64,000 nucleotides of DNA from an uncultured Clostridia bacterium (lineage in GTDB: Bacteria; Acidobacteriota; Aminicenantia; UBA2199): positions 44,068-108,067 of the forward strand of contig CAZCVI010000010.1 in assembly GCA_964502145.1 (NCBI GenBank), written 5' to 3'. The translations under genes were made by a program, and so were the position numbers. Numbering within the stretch: position 1 is the stretch's first letter; every line of letters begins with the position of its first letter. Below, one piece after another: positions 1-10,222 of this stretch. The notes beneath the pieces are model-generated. The model saw only the letters and a program-made list of their open reading frames with translations. It did not search any database and had not been told where the DNA came from.

Positions 1-1
1 T

Positions 2-847
2 CCACAGGAAGATCGTGTCAGCAAGTTTATCGACATTTTTCGCCGGGAAGCTGGTCTTGCGTCCTTTGCCCAGGTTGTGTCGGAGAATAATTTTCCCATG
101 GAAATCGGTCTCGCCTCCTCCGCTGCCGCGTTTGCCGCCCTCACATTGGCCACAGCCGGAGCCTTGCAACGCCAGTACAGTATTCCCCGGTTATCTGAAC
201 TCGCCCGTCGCGGTTCCAGTTCAGCCGCCCGTTCTATTTTTGGCGGTTTTGTCGAGATGAAACCCGGTCAAAATCCCGAAGGTTCCGATGCCGTGGCTGT
301 TCCCCTCTATGCCAGGGATTATTGGCCCCTGGAAATATTGATCTTCATTACCACCGAAACGAAAAAAAATGTCGCTTCCTCCGAAGGCATGATCCGCTCC
401 GCTCTCACCTCTCCCTACTACCAGTCCTGGTTGGATACCAACCCCAATGACCTGGAACTGATTCGTGGTGCTTTAGAAAGAAAGGATTTTCAATTATTGG
501 GGGAAATTACCGAGCTCAATTGTTTGAAAATGCACGGCCTCATCATGACTGCCAACCCCGGTATTATTTATTGGAACCATGTCACTGTCAGTCTCATTCA
601 TGAAGTGCAACGCTTGCGCAAAGAGGGTATTCCCGCCTATTTTACCATTGATGCCGGGCCACAGGTGAAAGTGTTCTGTCCCAAAAGTTTCACCCCGAAA
701 ATCAAGAAAGAGTTGAGCCATATTCCCGGGATCAAGCAGATTCTGACTTGCGGTATCGGCCCCGGTGCCACCGTGGTTGTCCCCCATACCAAAAAACCAT
801 TCTGGAAAAAAGTGTCCAAGATTCAAAAAATATTTTCTAAAAAATAA
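2..847 (+). CDS. mvaD: diphosphomevalonate decarboxylase (GHMP-kinase family), 5'-truncated by window edge
   Basis: The reading frame is open from position 2 with no start codon. The GHMP/MVD motif 'GLASSAAAFAAL' is present. The listed ORF 77..847 is the same frame from an internal Met. Confidence 0.7.
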   Translation, partial: PQEDRVSKFIDIFRREAGLASFAQVVSENNFPMEIGLASSAAAFAALTLATAGALQRQYSIPRLSELARRGSSSAARSIFGGFVEMKPGQNPEGSDAVAVPLYARDYWPLEILIFITTETKKNVASSEGMIRSALTSPYYQSWLDTNPNDLELIRGALERKDFQLLGEITELNCLKMHGLIMTANPGIIYWNHVTVSLIHEVQRLRKEGIPAYFTIDAGPQVKVFCPKSFTPKIKKELSHIPGIKQILTCGIGPGATVVVPHTKKPFWKKVSKIQKIFSKK

Positions 848-1011
848 GGAGGAGTGAGCCATTATTATCTCATTAACTCCAAGGGAATCAGCAAAAAAAT
901 CAGGGCCGCCATGAAAAAATTCACTTACACCCTCTTGGACCACAAGATTGTCTCTACTGGCGTAGCCATGGAGTGGGGCATCAGTATGAATCCAGTGGGC
1001 AAGAAACATAG

Positions 1012-1986
1012 ATGACTATAAAAATGAATAAACTTTCTCTGGCGCAATTTTACGATGATATGTCCACCATGCTCCGTTCAGGACTCACTGTTGAACGTGG
1101 TTTGAAGCTTATGTTAAAGGGGAAAAAGGATTCCCTGTTCTGGATGTTGGACACTATGGCGGGGCATGTAGCACGTGGCGGGGCGTTTTGGGAAGGTTTG
1201 GTGCAATACCCCAAGGTGTTTGATCCCTTCCAGGTCATGTGCATTAAAGCCGCCGAGGAGAGTGGCACCATGGTGGAGAGTTGTAAGAGCCTGTCCCGTT
1301 ATTTTCTAATGCGTGATCGGGAGAAACGTCGCCTCAAGGCCAGTATGATTTATCCCCTCGTGTTGTTGCATGGCGTCGTGATGTTGCCGCCTCTCAAGTA
1401 TTTGTTTGTGGATAATCTTGACCGTAGTTATTGGTCCGTGGTCTTGCCTGTTTTATTGGTCGCCTATGGTCTCGTGGGTCTGGGAATTTTTTGCTGGAAT
1501 CATTTCCTTCACACCGGTCCTGTGCGGGAAAGTATTGATCGTTTTTTATTGAATCTGCCCATAGTCGGGAAACTCTTGCGCACGTTAGCCATGGCGCGCG
1601 TGTTGCGGGCTTTAGCCGGTTTGCATAATGCCGGGATTCCGCCTGTCTTGGCTGCCAGTCAAGCGATTCAAACCGCTGGGAACAGCGCTGTGGCCTTTCA
1701 ACTCCAAAGCGCTATGCCTGTCTTGGAAAACGGTGGTACTTTCACCGGTTTTTTCTCTTTTTCCGGTCAACTGGCGCCCATGTTGGTGGGTATGATCGCT
1801 GTAGGGGAGGAAACGGGTACTCTCGGCCAAAGTTTGGACCGCCTGTGTATCCAGATGGAAGAGGAGAGCAGCACCCGGCTGAATGCTACCATTAAAGCCA
1901 TCGGCTACGTGGCTTATTTAATTGCCGCTATCTCTGTGGCTTTAACCGTCATCAATTTTTATAAAGGTTATTTCAGCATCTTTTGA
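1012..1986 (+). CDS. type II secretion / type IV pilus platform protein with two T2SS-F (GspF/PilC-like) domains
   Basis: Two tandem T2SS-F-like segments: 'LSLAQFYDDMSTMLRSGLTVERGL...' and 'LPIVGKLLRTLAMARVLRALAGLHNAGIPPVLAA...MLVGMIAVGEETGTL'. TM helices lie between them. ATG at 1012. Confidence 0.55.
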   Translation: MTIKMNKLSLAQFYDDMSTMLRSGLTVERGLKLMLKGKKDSLFWMLDTMAGHVARGGAFWEGLVQYPKVFDPFQVMCIKAAEESGTMVESCKSLSRYFLMRDREKRRLKASMIYPLVLLHGVVMLPPLKYLFVDNLDRSYWSVVLPVLLVAYGLVGLGIFCWNHFLHTGPVRESIDRFLLNLPIVGKLLRTLAMARVLRALAGLHNAGIPPVLAASQAIQTAGNSAVAFQLQSAMPVLENGGTFTGFFSFSGQLAPMLVGMIAVGEETGTLGQSLDRLCIQMEEESSTRLNATIKAIGYVAYLIAAISVALTVINFYKGYFSIF

Positions 1987-1995
1987 TTTTCCCCG

Positions 1996-3039
1996 TCATT
2001 CCGTGGTGACCTGCGAAAGCGCACTTTTCGCCTGCTCTCCCTTCTCCAGGTGGAGCAGTAGCAGGCCGAAACCCAGCAGAAAGAGACGGCGGATACGGCG
2101 TATGATGGCCAAACTGAGCCCTACCGGGCCGCTGAAATACATCGTTTTCATCACCAGCACATACATCCCCTCCTGCACTCCCCAGTGACCCGGCACGATG
2201 AATAAAATCGTATTGGCGACAGTCACCGCGGCGCTGATGAACCAAGCCCCGAGAAAATCCACCGGCTGGTGCAGCACTTGCAATACAATCAGTACTTCCA
2301 GAACCCCAACCAACCGTGCGAAAAAATGCAACCCGATCACCAGCAAAATTTTGGCCCGGCCCTCCACGTATAATTTGCGTATGTTCTCATCAAGGATGCG
2401 TAATAACTCCTCCTTCTTCTGCAATATCCGGCGCACCGCTGGAATCCAGCCAAAAAAGTTCATGGCCGAGCGGTAAAAACCGCGGAACTGGAAAAAAATC
2501 AGCAGGGTGATCGCCACCGACAATACCAGCAAGCAAACAATAGCAGGCGTCACCAGTGCGGGTGGAATAGGAAAAAACAAGATCGGAATGAAGATACCGC
2601 AAGCCATGAACAGGACGCCAGCGATAGATTCCACCGTTTTGTCCACCAGTATCCCCGGCACTCCCTCATTGAGTGGGATGCGTGGTTTGATTAAAAAGGC
2701 ACGCATGGCATCGCCACCCAGGTTGGCCGTGGGCAATACCGTGTTCATGGTGTCGCTGATGATCTTGATACGCACGAAAAAAAGAAGTTGGGCACGATGA
2801 AACAGGCTGTTCTGGATAATGTACCAGGAAGCTGCTTGCAGCACCACCCAAACCATCTGCACCAGCAAGATCACCCCGAACCAGCCGCCGAATTGGGCGA
2901 TGTTGTCCAAAATGTTGCGCCAGCCCATCTGGAATATAAAGTAGAAAAAAACGCCCACACCCATCACGGTGAGCAATATGCGCAGGATTTTGCCCAGAGA
3001 CACCGTGTTCTTTGCCTTCCCCTCTGGGATATCAATCAT
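1996..3039 (-). CDS. polytopic membrane protein of the flippase-like / lysylphosphatidylglycerol-synthase TM-domain (UPF0104) type
   Basis: 347 aa, 7-8 predicted TM helices, basic loops. Strong RBS (AAGGAG) before ATG at 3037-3039. Sits directly downstream of a glycosyltransferase, as is usual for this family. Confidence 0.45.
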   Translation of the reverse strand: MIDIPEGKAKNTVSLGKILRILLTVMGVGVFFYFIFQMGWRNILDNIAQFGGWFGVILLVQMVWVVLQAASWYIIQNSLFHRAQLLFFVRIKIISDTMNTVLPTANLGGDAMRAFLIKPRIPLNEGVPGILVDKTVESIAGVLFMACGIFIPILFFPIPPALVTPAIVCLLVLSVAITLLIFFQFRGFYRSAMNFFGWIPAVRRILQKKEELLRILDENIRKLYVEGRAKILLVIGLHFFARLVGVLEVLIVLQVLHQPVDFLGAWFISAAVTVANTILFIVPGHWGVQEGMYVLVMKTMYFSGPVGLSLAIIRRIRRLFLLGFGLLLLHLEKGEQAKSALSQVTTE

Positions 3040-3108
3040 GGTTTTCTCCTTGCCTGGGTCTGGTAATCGAATAGCATACCGGCAATGTTATAATGATGGG
3101 TACACATG

Positions 3109-4362
3109 TTACTTCTCCCCTGACCTGGGGGATGGAGAAAGCAATGAACCGTACAACTGCAAGTGTTTTCTGGCTACCAGGGACCACGACGTCTCGCGTC
3201 CCAAGCTGGCAGATGCTGCCATCGCCCGCTGGCGGAAGGATTCATCGGACAATATCTTGATAATGGCACGGCTCCAAGCCTTGACACTCCCCGGCGGGGG
3301 AAACAGATCCGTCAGGTTCTCACTCCAGGCACTGATAGCCTCGGCAAAGGTCGGGACATTCGAACATATGGCTGGCCGACCTGCGGCCAACACCCGGTGG
3401 AAAACTCCGCTGGCCGATCCGTAGCGCCTCAGGTAAGGGAAGACCACTACCTCGGCAGCAGTGATGTGTTCCCAGAGTTCGTCATCGGGTACATATTCGG
3501 CACGGCTGATTAGCCAGCCTGCTTTTAACCCCTGATGCATCTTGGCATGTAAATAGACGCGGTACAGCCGGTCTATGAAGTTCTCAGCACGTTCGTTACC
3601 CACCACCAACAGGCAGGCTCCGGGGATTCTTCGGACCACGTCTTTGAAAGCCTGGATCACAATGTGCAGTCCCTTCTGTTGAAAGATGTTGCCAGCGAAT
3701 AGCACTAGGCGCCGCCCCGTCATGTCCATCGTGTCCGGGATATTCGCCGGTACCGTCTCCGCGCTGGTCCAGGTGCCATGAGGGATGACTGCGATGCGGT
3801 CGGCTGGGATGCCATGCTTCTGTAGGGACTTCAATGTTCCATCGCGCTGATGGACGATTACCTGCGCGACGTTCGCCGCCAGTAGGCGATAGAAGGGGGG
3901 AGACCAGCGGAAGAAGAGAGTAGGCGACCAGACGCCGTGCAGGGTCACCACACAGGGGATGTGGCGGGTACGGAGTTCGGCCAGGAAACGGGTCAGTTCG
4001 GGGCCATGACCGAGATACAGTCCGTGTTGGATATGCACCAGTTGCGGGTGAGTGGCGTCAATGATCTCCAGAAAAACATCTGGCCAATGAGGGGGCAATT
4101 CCCAGCCGCCCCAGAGGAGATCGGTTGGGGACATGATAGAACACTGCGGGCCCTGCAAGCGAAGCTCCCTGATTAGCCGGGCAGTATAGTTACCGATCCC
4201 GTTTTTGCTGGCTGGATGGGGTGCAACCAGGACTATCCGCATCGGGGGTAAAGTGATGTTTGGCCAGTCAGTCGATTCTTCCTGGTTGGCTGAACCGTGA
4301 AGGTCCATCGGGGTTTGATGTGGGATTATTCCTTCCATTATTTCATTTCGACATCTTAGCAT
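3109..4362 (-). CDS. glycosyltransferase family 1 (GT4-like)
   Basis: GT-B C-terminal signature 'VLFAGNIFQQKGLHIVIQAF...LLVVGN...VVVFPY'. The first ATG (4362) has no spacer to a GAGGG. Internal Mets at 4338 and 4242 ('MRIVLVAPHP') are alternative starts. Confidence 0.6.
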   Translation of the reverse strand: MLRCRNEIMEGIIPHQTPMDLHGSANQEESTDWPNITLPPMRIVLVAPHPASKNGIGNYTARLIRELRLQGPQCSIMSPTDLLWGGWELPPHWPDVFLEIIDATHPQLVHIQHGLYLGHGPELTRFLAELRTRHIPCVVTLHGVWSPTLFFRWSPPFYRLLAANVAQVIVHQRDGTLKSLQKHGIPADRIAVIPHGTWTSAETVPANIPDTMDMTGRRLVLFAGNIFQQKGLHIVIQAFKDVVRRIPGACLLVVGNERAENFIDRLYRVYLHAKMHQGLKAGWLISRAEYVPDDELWEHITAAEVVVFPYLRRYGSASGVFHRVLAAGRPAICSNVPTFAEAISAWSENLTDLFPPPGSVKAWSRAIIKILSDESFRQRAMAASASLGRETSWSLVARKHLQLYGSLLSPSPRSGEK

Positions 4363-4369
4363 TGATCCC

Positions 4370-4987
4370 TCAGTGGATATCTTTTAACTGCACGACCAAC
4401 TGCCGCTTGACTCTTTTCCACAGGATTATCCGCCCGGCCAGATAGCTTTTGATGGTGTTCAAATTCAAATGTGTCCAGTCTTCGCCTATGAACTGCATGT
4501 CTTTTAAGCCCGATCCGCTTTCATCAAATTTGTCCATGTCGTCGATATAAATGATGCACTCGCTTTTTATGAAGTCGTGGATCAGCCGAATCTCTTCAAA
4601 TAATGGCACTTGGTTTTCTGCGGTCGGTAAGTCACCAGCGTGGCCAGTATCAGCCTTATACCCCTTCCACCGGCTGTTTTTCCAGTCCGTTGTATGGTTA
4701 CCGCTGAAATGAGCGTCCAAGTAAAATAGACAGGGACCCTGAATTTTTTGAACCAGATCTTTCAGGACAGTCCGTGAATCTCCAAACAGAACCTTGATCT
4801 CGGGATGATTCTTTAATCGCACCACGGCTTTCTCGAACAGTTCCCGGTTGATTTCGATGGTGTAAACCTCGGGAAAGTGTCGGCTTAACTTCAGGGCGGA
4901 ATCGCCGAAAAGTGTCCCCGTCTCAACCACAGTCTGATAATCCCGGCAATTCATGTATCTCTTCACATTTCGCATATGAAATTTCAT
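4370..4987 (-). CDS. class I SAM-dependent methyltransferase (Methyltransf_24 / TylF-CmcI-like O-methyltransferase fold)
   Basis: 'VVETGTLFGDSALKL...TIEINRE...VLFGDSRTVLKDL...LFYLDAH' matches the glycine-rich SAM loop and acidic beta2 layout. Start uncertain: TTG 5038, or ATG 4987, 4975 or 4954. 4987 is chosen because it avoids overlap with the nadB stop. Confidence 0.45.
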   Translation of the reverse strand: MKFHMRNVKRYMNCRDYQTVVETGTLFGDSALKLSRHFPEVYTIEINRELFEKAVVRLKNHPEIKVLFGDSRTVLKDLVQKIQGPCLFYLDAHFSGNHTTDWKNSRWKGYKADTGHAGDLPTAENQVPLFEEIRLIHDFIKSECIIYIDDMDKFDESGSGLKDMQFIGEDWTHLNLNTIKSYLAGRIILWKRVKRQLVVQLKDIH

Positions 4988-5013
4988 CTGGTTATTATTC
5001 TCTATTCTTCTCT

Positions 5014-6597
5014 CTATTCTTCCACGCTTTTTATACAATGCGCTCCACGGGAGGTTTTATTTCTTAGGGCGGCTTCTACTACCAGTTGGGCGGTTTGCAC
5101 GCTGTCTCTGAGATCAATGATACTGCTGATCATTTCTGTTTTGCGGTAGAAGCGGATGATACGGTGGCGCAGGTAATCCAGGTCCGAGCGGGCCCGTTCC
5201 AAGCGTTTGGGCGTGCGAATCAGACCGCTGTAATTCCACATGATGTAACGAATTGTCGTCATGTCTTGCCAGACCAGAGCCGGGTCTAATTTTTCTTGCG
5301 GGTAGGGGTACTTCCATTCCGGGATTTCCGCGATTACATAGGGATCGTTATCTTTTTCTAGCGATTCCAAGATATCTCGCGCCGAACTTTCCCCCCAGAC
5401 CAATCCTTCCAACAACGATACCGAGGCCAACCGATTGGCACCTTGCACACCCGTACAAGAGACCTCGCCAACAGCATAGAGATTTTTTAAACTCGTTCTG
5501 CCCTTTAAATCCGCCAGCACACCACCACAACTGTAATGAGCTGCCGGTACTACCGGGATAGGGCGCTTTTCAATATCAATACCGAACTTCAGGCAGTTTT
5601 CATAGATCGTGGGAAATCGTTCTTTAATATTAATCTTGGCAAAAGAAGCTAGGTCTAACAACACGTGGGAATCGCCGTATTTGATCATTTCCGCGTAAAT
5701 CGCACGACTGACCTCATCCCTGGGTGCCAGATCGCCCAAGGGTGAATATTTCTTCATGAAATACTCGCCCTTGCGATTCATTAACTTGGCCCCTTCTCCC
5801 CGTACCGCCTCGGAAATCAGGAAACTGTCCGCTTCCCGGTGAAAGAGCGAGGTCGGATGAAATTGAATGTATTCCAAATTGGCCATCCGCGCACCAGCGC
5901 GATAGGCCATGGCAATACCATTGCCCACCACATCGCTGGGATTGGTAGAATGAAGGAAAATGCTACTCAATCCGCCACTGGCTAAAATCACCCGCCGGGC
6001 AAAGATACGCATGACTTTTTCCGAGGTTTGATTCAATACATACGCCCCGATAGTCGCTGGTTCCTCGTACATCCGTTCAAAATTAGTGGAATGATGCGGG
6101 TAAGATAACAGGTCAATCGCCGTATGATTAAAAAGAATCTTGAGCTTATCCAGTTTTTTTAAATAAGTGAGAAAGCTCTCTTGAATTAATCTTCCGGTCA
6201 TATCTTTGACATTGAAGATGCGCCGTTGGCTATGAGCCCCTTCCCGTGCCAAGTCGTATTTACCATTGACCGTGGAAAAGGGCACCTTTATTTTTTCGAT
6301 GAGAATATCTTTAACCAGTCTCTCCGATTCATTGACCACATGTTCGACAGCTTTCCGATAGTTGACACCACCACCCACCTTCATGATGTCGTCGATAAAT
6401 TGTTCCGGTGTATCTGTTTCGGTTCCGCCCAAGGCCGCGATGCCGCCCTGTGCATAATAGGTATTGGCCGCCGAGAAATCGCTGCCCTTGGTGATCATTA
6501 CCGTATCAATGCCATTCTCCGCCAATACCAGTGCCGCCGTGGAACCCGCAATACCCGTTCCAATGATCAATACATCCGTTTCTATAAATTCATTCAT
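5014..6597 (-). CDS. nadB: L-aspartate oxidase
   Basis: FAD dinucleotide fold 'DVLIIGTGIAGSTAAL'. Full-length (527 aa) similarity pattern to NadB / succinate-dehydrogenase flavoprotein family. GAGGTG RBS before the ATG. Stop codon is TAG. Confidence 0.85.
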   Translation of the reverse strand: MNEFIETDVLIIGTGIAGSTAALVLAENGIDTVMITKGSDFSAANTYYAQGGIAALGGTETDTPEQFIDDIMKVGGGVNYRKAVEHVVNESERLVKDILIEKIKVPFSTVNGKYDLAREGAHSQRRIFNVKDMTGRLIQESFLTYLKKLDKLKILFNHTAIDLLSYPHHSTNFERMYEEPATIGAYVLNQTSEKVMRIFARRVILASGGLSSIFLHSTNPSDVVGNGIAMAYRAGARMANLEYIQFHPTSLFHREADSFLISEAVRGEGAKLMNRKGEYFMKKYSPLGDLAPRDEVSRAIYAEMIKYGDSHVLLDLASFAKINIKERFPTIYENCLKFGIDIEKRPIPVVPAAHYSCGGVLADLKGRTSLKNLYAVGEVSCTGVQGANRLASVSLLEGLVWGESSARDILESLEKDNDPYVIAEIPEWKYPYPQEKLDPALVWQDMTTIRYIMWNYSGLIRTPKRLERARSDLDYLRHRIIRFYRKTEMISSIIDLRDSVQTAQLVVEAALRNKTSRGAHCIKSVEE

Positions 6598-6632
6598 TCT
6601 TCACCTCGTTTCTTCGTTTCCACGAATTCCTA

Positions 6633-7487
6633 CTAATCGTCGATGTTCAAGCTTAAATCCAGGGATGTGAAGGAGTGCGTTAGCGCCCCTACCGAGATAT
6701 AATCAATTCCTTTGGGTGCCCTGTTTTCAATGTTGTTAAGGTCCACATTCCCCGAGACTTCCAGTTTGGCACGGCCCTTGTTTATTTTAATGGCGTCTTT
6801 CATGAGCGGGATGTCAAAATTGTCCAGCATGATCATCTCAACATTTTGGGTCAGTGCTTCTTCCAGTTCCGCCAGATTGCGTACTTCCACCTCGATCTTT
6901 TTGTCCGGGCAATTCTTTCGTACCGCCTCTACCGCCGCCGTGATGCCGCCCGCCATTTTAACATGGTTATCTTTGATCATCGCCATTTCTTCCAGGTTCA
7001 TGCGATGATTCGTACCCCCACCATCCAGCACTGCTTTTTTCTCCAGGTAACGCATACCCGGCGTGGTTTTACGCGTATCCAGCAATGTAATCCCACTACC
7101 TGCCAGTTTCTCCACATATTCACCCGTTAGCGTCGCAATACCACTTAAACGCTGCAAGAAATTCAAGGCTGTCCGTTCCCCCCGCAAAATCGAACTCTCC
7201 TTGCCTGAAATCTCAATCACCATATCCCCCTTGTTAACCCAACTGCCATCTGCTTTGAGTATCGAGATACACAACTCGTTGTCCACCGTGTGCAACACCC
7301 TCGTAAACACCTCGGTTCCCGAAATAATGCCCGCCGCTTTGGCAGTCACCCGTGCGTTGACTATTTTATCCACGTGCAGCAAGCCATTCGTGGTGACATC
7401 TTCTTGGACTTTGTCTTCTGCCAAGGCCAGGTAGATCAAGGCTTGATTTAATTTGTCTTCAAAACTTATTCTTTCATCTTGTTTCAT
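6633..7487 (-). CDS. nadC: nicotinate-nucleotide pyrophosphorylase (quinolinate phosphoribosyltransferase)
   Basis: Conserved 'LLDTRKTTPGMRYLEKKAVLDGGGTNHRMNLEEMAMIKDNH' and 'MLDNF' blocks. Start set at the internal ATG (7485-7487, 'MKQDER') with AAAGGA RBS 9 nt upstream. The track ORF extends to 7562 without an RBS. Stop is TAG. Confidence 0.85.
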   Translation of the reverse strand: MKQDERISFEDKLNQALIYLALAEDKVQEDVTTNGLLHVDKIVNARVTAKAAGIISGTEVFTRVLHTVDNELCISILKADGSWVNKGDMVIEISGKESSILRGERTALNFLQRLSGIATLTGEYVEKLAGSGITLLDTRKTTPGMRYLEKKAVLDGGGTNHRMNLEEMAMIKDNHVKMAGGITAAVEAVRKNCPDKKIEVEVRNLAELEEALTQNVEMIMLDNFDIPLMKDAIKINKGRAKLEVSGNVDLNNIENRAPKGIDYISVGALTHSFTSLDLSLNIDD

Positions 7488-7580
7488 GATTATCAATCCT
7501 TTCGGGGGGTACAATATCCCCGATGCTGAACTATTATTATCATACTGAAAAAAACATAGCATGTCAAGCGAAAGTAAATT

Positions 7581-7650
7581 CCAGACTTTTTCCAGATAGT
7601 CCAGTAAGTCCAGATAGTCCAGATAGTCCAGATAGTCCAGATAGTCCAGT
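7581..7650. repeat. tandem array of about 7 x 9-bp units (T/A)NAGTCCAG (= CTGGACNNN on the other strand)
   Basis: Read directly: tccagatagtccagtaagtccagatagtccagatagtccagatagtccagatagtccag. Lies between tRNA-Lys and the nadC start. Confidence 0.9.
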
Positions 7651-7714
7651 TGGAATTAATAGACTTAATTATAATGGTGTTAATTGGATTAATTGGGGGG
7701 AGGGGTAAAAAAAA

Positions 7715-7787
7715 TGATCCCTGAAGGAATCGAACCTTCAACCTATTGATTAAGAGTCAATTGCTCTGCCAATTGAGCTAAGGGACC
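7715..7787 (-). tRNA. tRNA-Lys (anticodon CUU)
   Basis: Reverse complement folds as a canonical cloverleaf: GGTCCCT-TA-GCTC-AATTGGCA-GAGC-A-ATTGA-CTCTTAA-TCAAT-AGGTT-GAAGG-TTCGATT-CCTTC-AGGGATC-A. T-loop TTCGATT, 7-bp acceptor stem, CCA not encoded. Confidence 0.9.
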
Positions 7788-7986
7788 ATCGCTTTAAAGG
7801 TAAAGATAACATAATTCTTACCCATTGTCAACCCCCTCACAAGAAAAAGCCAGGAAAAAATCCAATACCCCATAGAAAAACTGCCAGTGAATGCTATTGC
7901 ATATTTTAAAAATCCGTGTATAATTAAATATTAATAATTTTGTTGTTAAGAGGTGTTAACATTTTAACAAAACAGGAGGAAATATA

Positions 7987-9057
7987 ATGGGTAGAAAGTA
8001 CAATTTTTATGCAGGTCCGGCAATTCTGCCATTGGACGTCATGAAGAAGGCGCAGGAAGAGTTACTGGATTTTAACGGCTGTGGCCTTTCCATCATGGAA
8101 ATCAGCCATCGGTCAAAAGATTTTATGGCCGTGAGTGAGGCCGCAGAAAAAAAGATTCGTTCGTTGTTGGGGGTACCTGATAATTATTCCGTAATGTTCA
8201 TCCAGGGAGGAGCATCACTGCAATTTGGTATGATTCCTATGAATTTGCTAAAGGGTGGCAAGGCAGATTACGTGAATACAGGCGAATGGGCCAAAAAAGC
8301 CATTAAAGAAGCCAAACTTTTCGGAACCGTCAATGAAGTGGCTTCTTCAAAAGATCAAAATTTCAGCTATATCCCCGAAGCCAAGTTTTCCGGCGATGCT
8401 GTGTATGCCCACATCACTTCCAATGAAACTATTGGTGGCATCCAGTACCATTCTTTTCCCAATACAGGGAATGTTCCATTGATTGTTGATATGTCCTCGG
8501 ATATTTTGAGCCGTCGTCTTGATGTCTCTAAATTCGCGGTCATCTACGCTGGCGCACAGAAGAATATGGGACCTGCTGGCGTGACCATGGTCATCATGAG
8601 AAATGATCTGGTGGATTCATGCCCGGACAACCAGGTGGCCATGTTGAACTATAAAATTCACCGTGACAATCAATCCATGTACAACACCCCGCCTTGTTTC
8701 TCAATTTATATCGTGAAACTCGTGTTGGATTGGCTGGAAGCCCAGGGCGGCATGGAAGCGATCGAGGCAGCCAATGATTTGAAAGCCAAGACACTCTATG
8801 AAGCCATCGACAGCATCCCCATGTACAAGGGAACTGCCGCGGTAAAAGATCGTTCCAAAATGAACGTGACCTTCCGCCTCACTCCCGAGGAATTGGAAGA
8901 TAAATTTGTCAAGGGCGCTACCGCTCAAGGTTTGATGGGGTTACAGGGGCACCGGAGCGTCGGTGGCTGCCGCGCCTCCATCTATAACGCCATGTCACTG
9001 GATGGCGTCAAGGAATTGATCCGCTATATGGAAAAATTCTATAACGATCATAAATAA
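7987..9057 (+). CDS. serC: 3-phosphoserine aminotransferase
   Basis: 'YNFYAGPAILPLDVMKKAQEELLDFNGCGLSIMEISHRSKDF' is the SerC N-terminal signature. GGAGGA RBS. Confidence 0.85.
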   Translation: MGRKYNFYAGPAILPLDVMKKAQEELLDFNGCGLSIMEISHRSKDFMAVSEAAEKKIRSLLGVPDNYSVMFIQGGASLQFGMIPMNLLKGGKADYVNTGEWAKKAIKEAKLFGTVNEVASSKDQNFSYIPEAKFSGDAVYAHITSNETIGGIQYHSFPNTGNVPLIVDMSSDILSRRLDVSKFAVIYAGAQKNMGPAGVTMVIMRNDLVDSCPDNQVAMLNYKIHRDNQSMYNTPPCFSIYIVKLVLDWLEAQGGMEAIEAANDLKAKTLYEAIDSIPMYKGTAAVKDRSKMNVTFRLTPEELEDKFVKGATAQGLMGLQGHRSVGGCRASIYNAMSLDGVKELIRYMEKFYNDHK

Positions 9058-9094
9058 TTCCCCGTTTAAATCTTTCAATATTGTATAAACGAAT

Positions 9095-9160
9095 GGTTGG
9101 ATGGTTGGACCGCGATGACATAAGGGTTTTCACACTGATTTCACGGCCAACCATCCAACC
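9095..9160. repeat. 14-bp perfect inverted repeat (GGTTGGATGGTTGG ... CCAACCATCCAACC) with a 38-nt loop, downstream of serC
   Basis: Read directly from sequence. Candidate terminator or structured element. The loop is unusually long for an intrinsic terminator. Confidence 0.5.
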
Positions 9161-9235
9161 GGGAACCAAAATATCCTTGACAGTTAGTCAAATTTTTGGT
9201 AGTCTTAAAGTGAAAAATTACCAGGAGGATTTTGA

Positions 9236-10153
9236 TTGATTAATGTATTGCTGGCTGATACACTCAGTCAAAAGGCAGTTGAGTTTTTAAAAGAGATACC
9301 GGAATTCGAGATAATCGTTAAAACCGGTATGGGCGTAGATCAGTTAAAAGAAGAGATCAAGAACTATGAAGCATTGGTCCTCAGCAGTGTTTCCTCCCTA
9401 CAATTGAATCGTGACGTTCTCGAAAAAGCCGATCGCTTGAAAATTATTATTAAAACCGGTGTCGGGTTTGATCATATTGATACCGAATTTGCCGATTCCC
9501 GCCATATCGAGGTCAGGAACACCCCGTTTGCCACTTCTATTACTGTTGCCGAATATACCCTGGCGCAAATGCTGGGTATTTGCAGGTTCATTGGTCCCGC
9601 TTATATGAGCATGAAAAACCACCGCTGGGAAAAGAAGATTTTTACCCAGGGCACCGAGTTATACGGCAAAACCGCTGGTATTATTGGCATGGGTCGCATC
9701 GGCACCGAGGTCGCTAAACGGCAATTGGCCATGGGCATGTCCGTGTTGTATTATGATATCGTTGACGTTGAAACCGATCTGGACGCCAGACAGGTCCCAT
9801 TGGATGAACTATTAAAATCGGCGGATTTTATTTCCGTGCATCTTCCCTTGACCCCATCCACCCGGAATTTAATTTCCCACGACGCTTTTGCCAAAATGAA
9901 AGCAGGTGTTGTATTTGTGAACGTGGCCCGTGGCGGCGTGGTTGATGAAGTCGCTTTGTTAGAAGCTCTACAAGGCGATAAAATTCGCGCCGTGGCACTG
10001 GATGTGTACCCCGAAGTACCCCTCAAAAATTTTTCACTCATTGATAATGACAAGGTTTATCCTGCCCCCCACTTGGCCGCATGTACTGTTGAAGCCAATT
10101 TACGGGCAGATTTCGATGTGATCGCCATTTTAAAAGAGTTTTTTAATGTCTAA
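9236..10153 (+). CDS. serA: D-isomer-specific 2-hydroxyacid dehydrogenase, probably short-form D-3-phosphoglycerate dehydrogenase
   Basis: NAD-binding 'GKTAGIIGMGRIGTEVAKR' and catalytic-domain pattern. Immediately downstream of serC (conserved serC-serA synteny). TTG start 7 nt after AGGAGG. Confidence 0.6.
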   Translation: MINVLLADTLSQKAVEFLKEIPEFEIIVKTGMGVDQLKEEIKNYEALVLSSVSSLQLNRDVLEKADRLKIIIKTGVGFDHIDTEFADSRHIEVRNTPFATSITVAEYTLAQMLGICRFIGPAYMSMKNHRWEKKIFTQGTELYGKTAGIIGMGRIGTEVAKRQLAMGMSVLYYDIVDVETDLDARQVPLDELLKSADFISVHLPLTPSTRNLISHDAFAKMKAGVVFVNVARGGVVDEVALLEALQGDKIRAVALDVYPEVPLKNFSLIDNDKVYPAPHLAACTVEANLRADFDVIAILKEFFNV

Positions 10154-10222
10154 CGTGTAACATGTAGCGTGTAATGTACGACAACGTGAATGACAACGTG
10201 AATATAGACGAATAGGAAAAAC

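Noticed and set aside
494-1009. 171-aa minus-strand ORF antisense to mvaD.
   Set aside because: It lies wholly within the better-supported plus-strand gene and has no motifs or RBS.
7581-7650. The 9-bp arrays as CRISPR repeats.
   Set aside because: Units are 9 bp with no intervening unique spacers of 25-40 bp, and no cas genes are present. They are tandem microsatellite-like arrays, not CRISPR.
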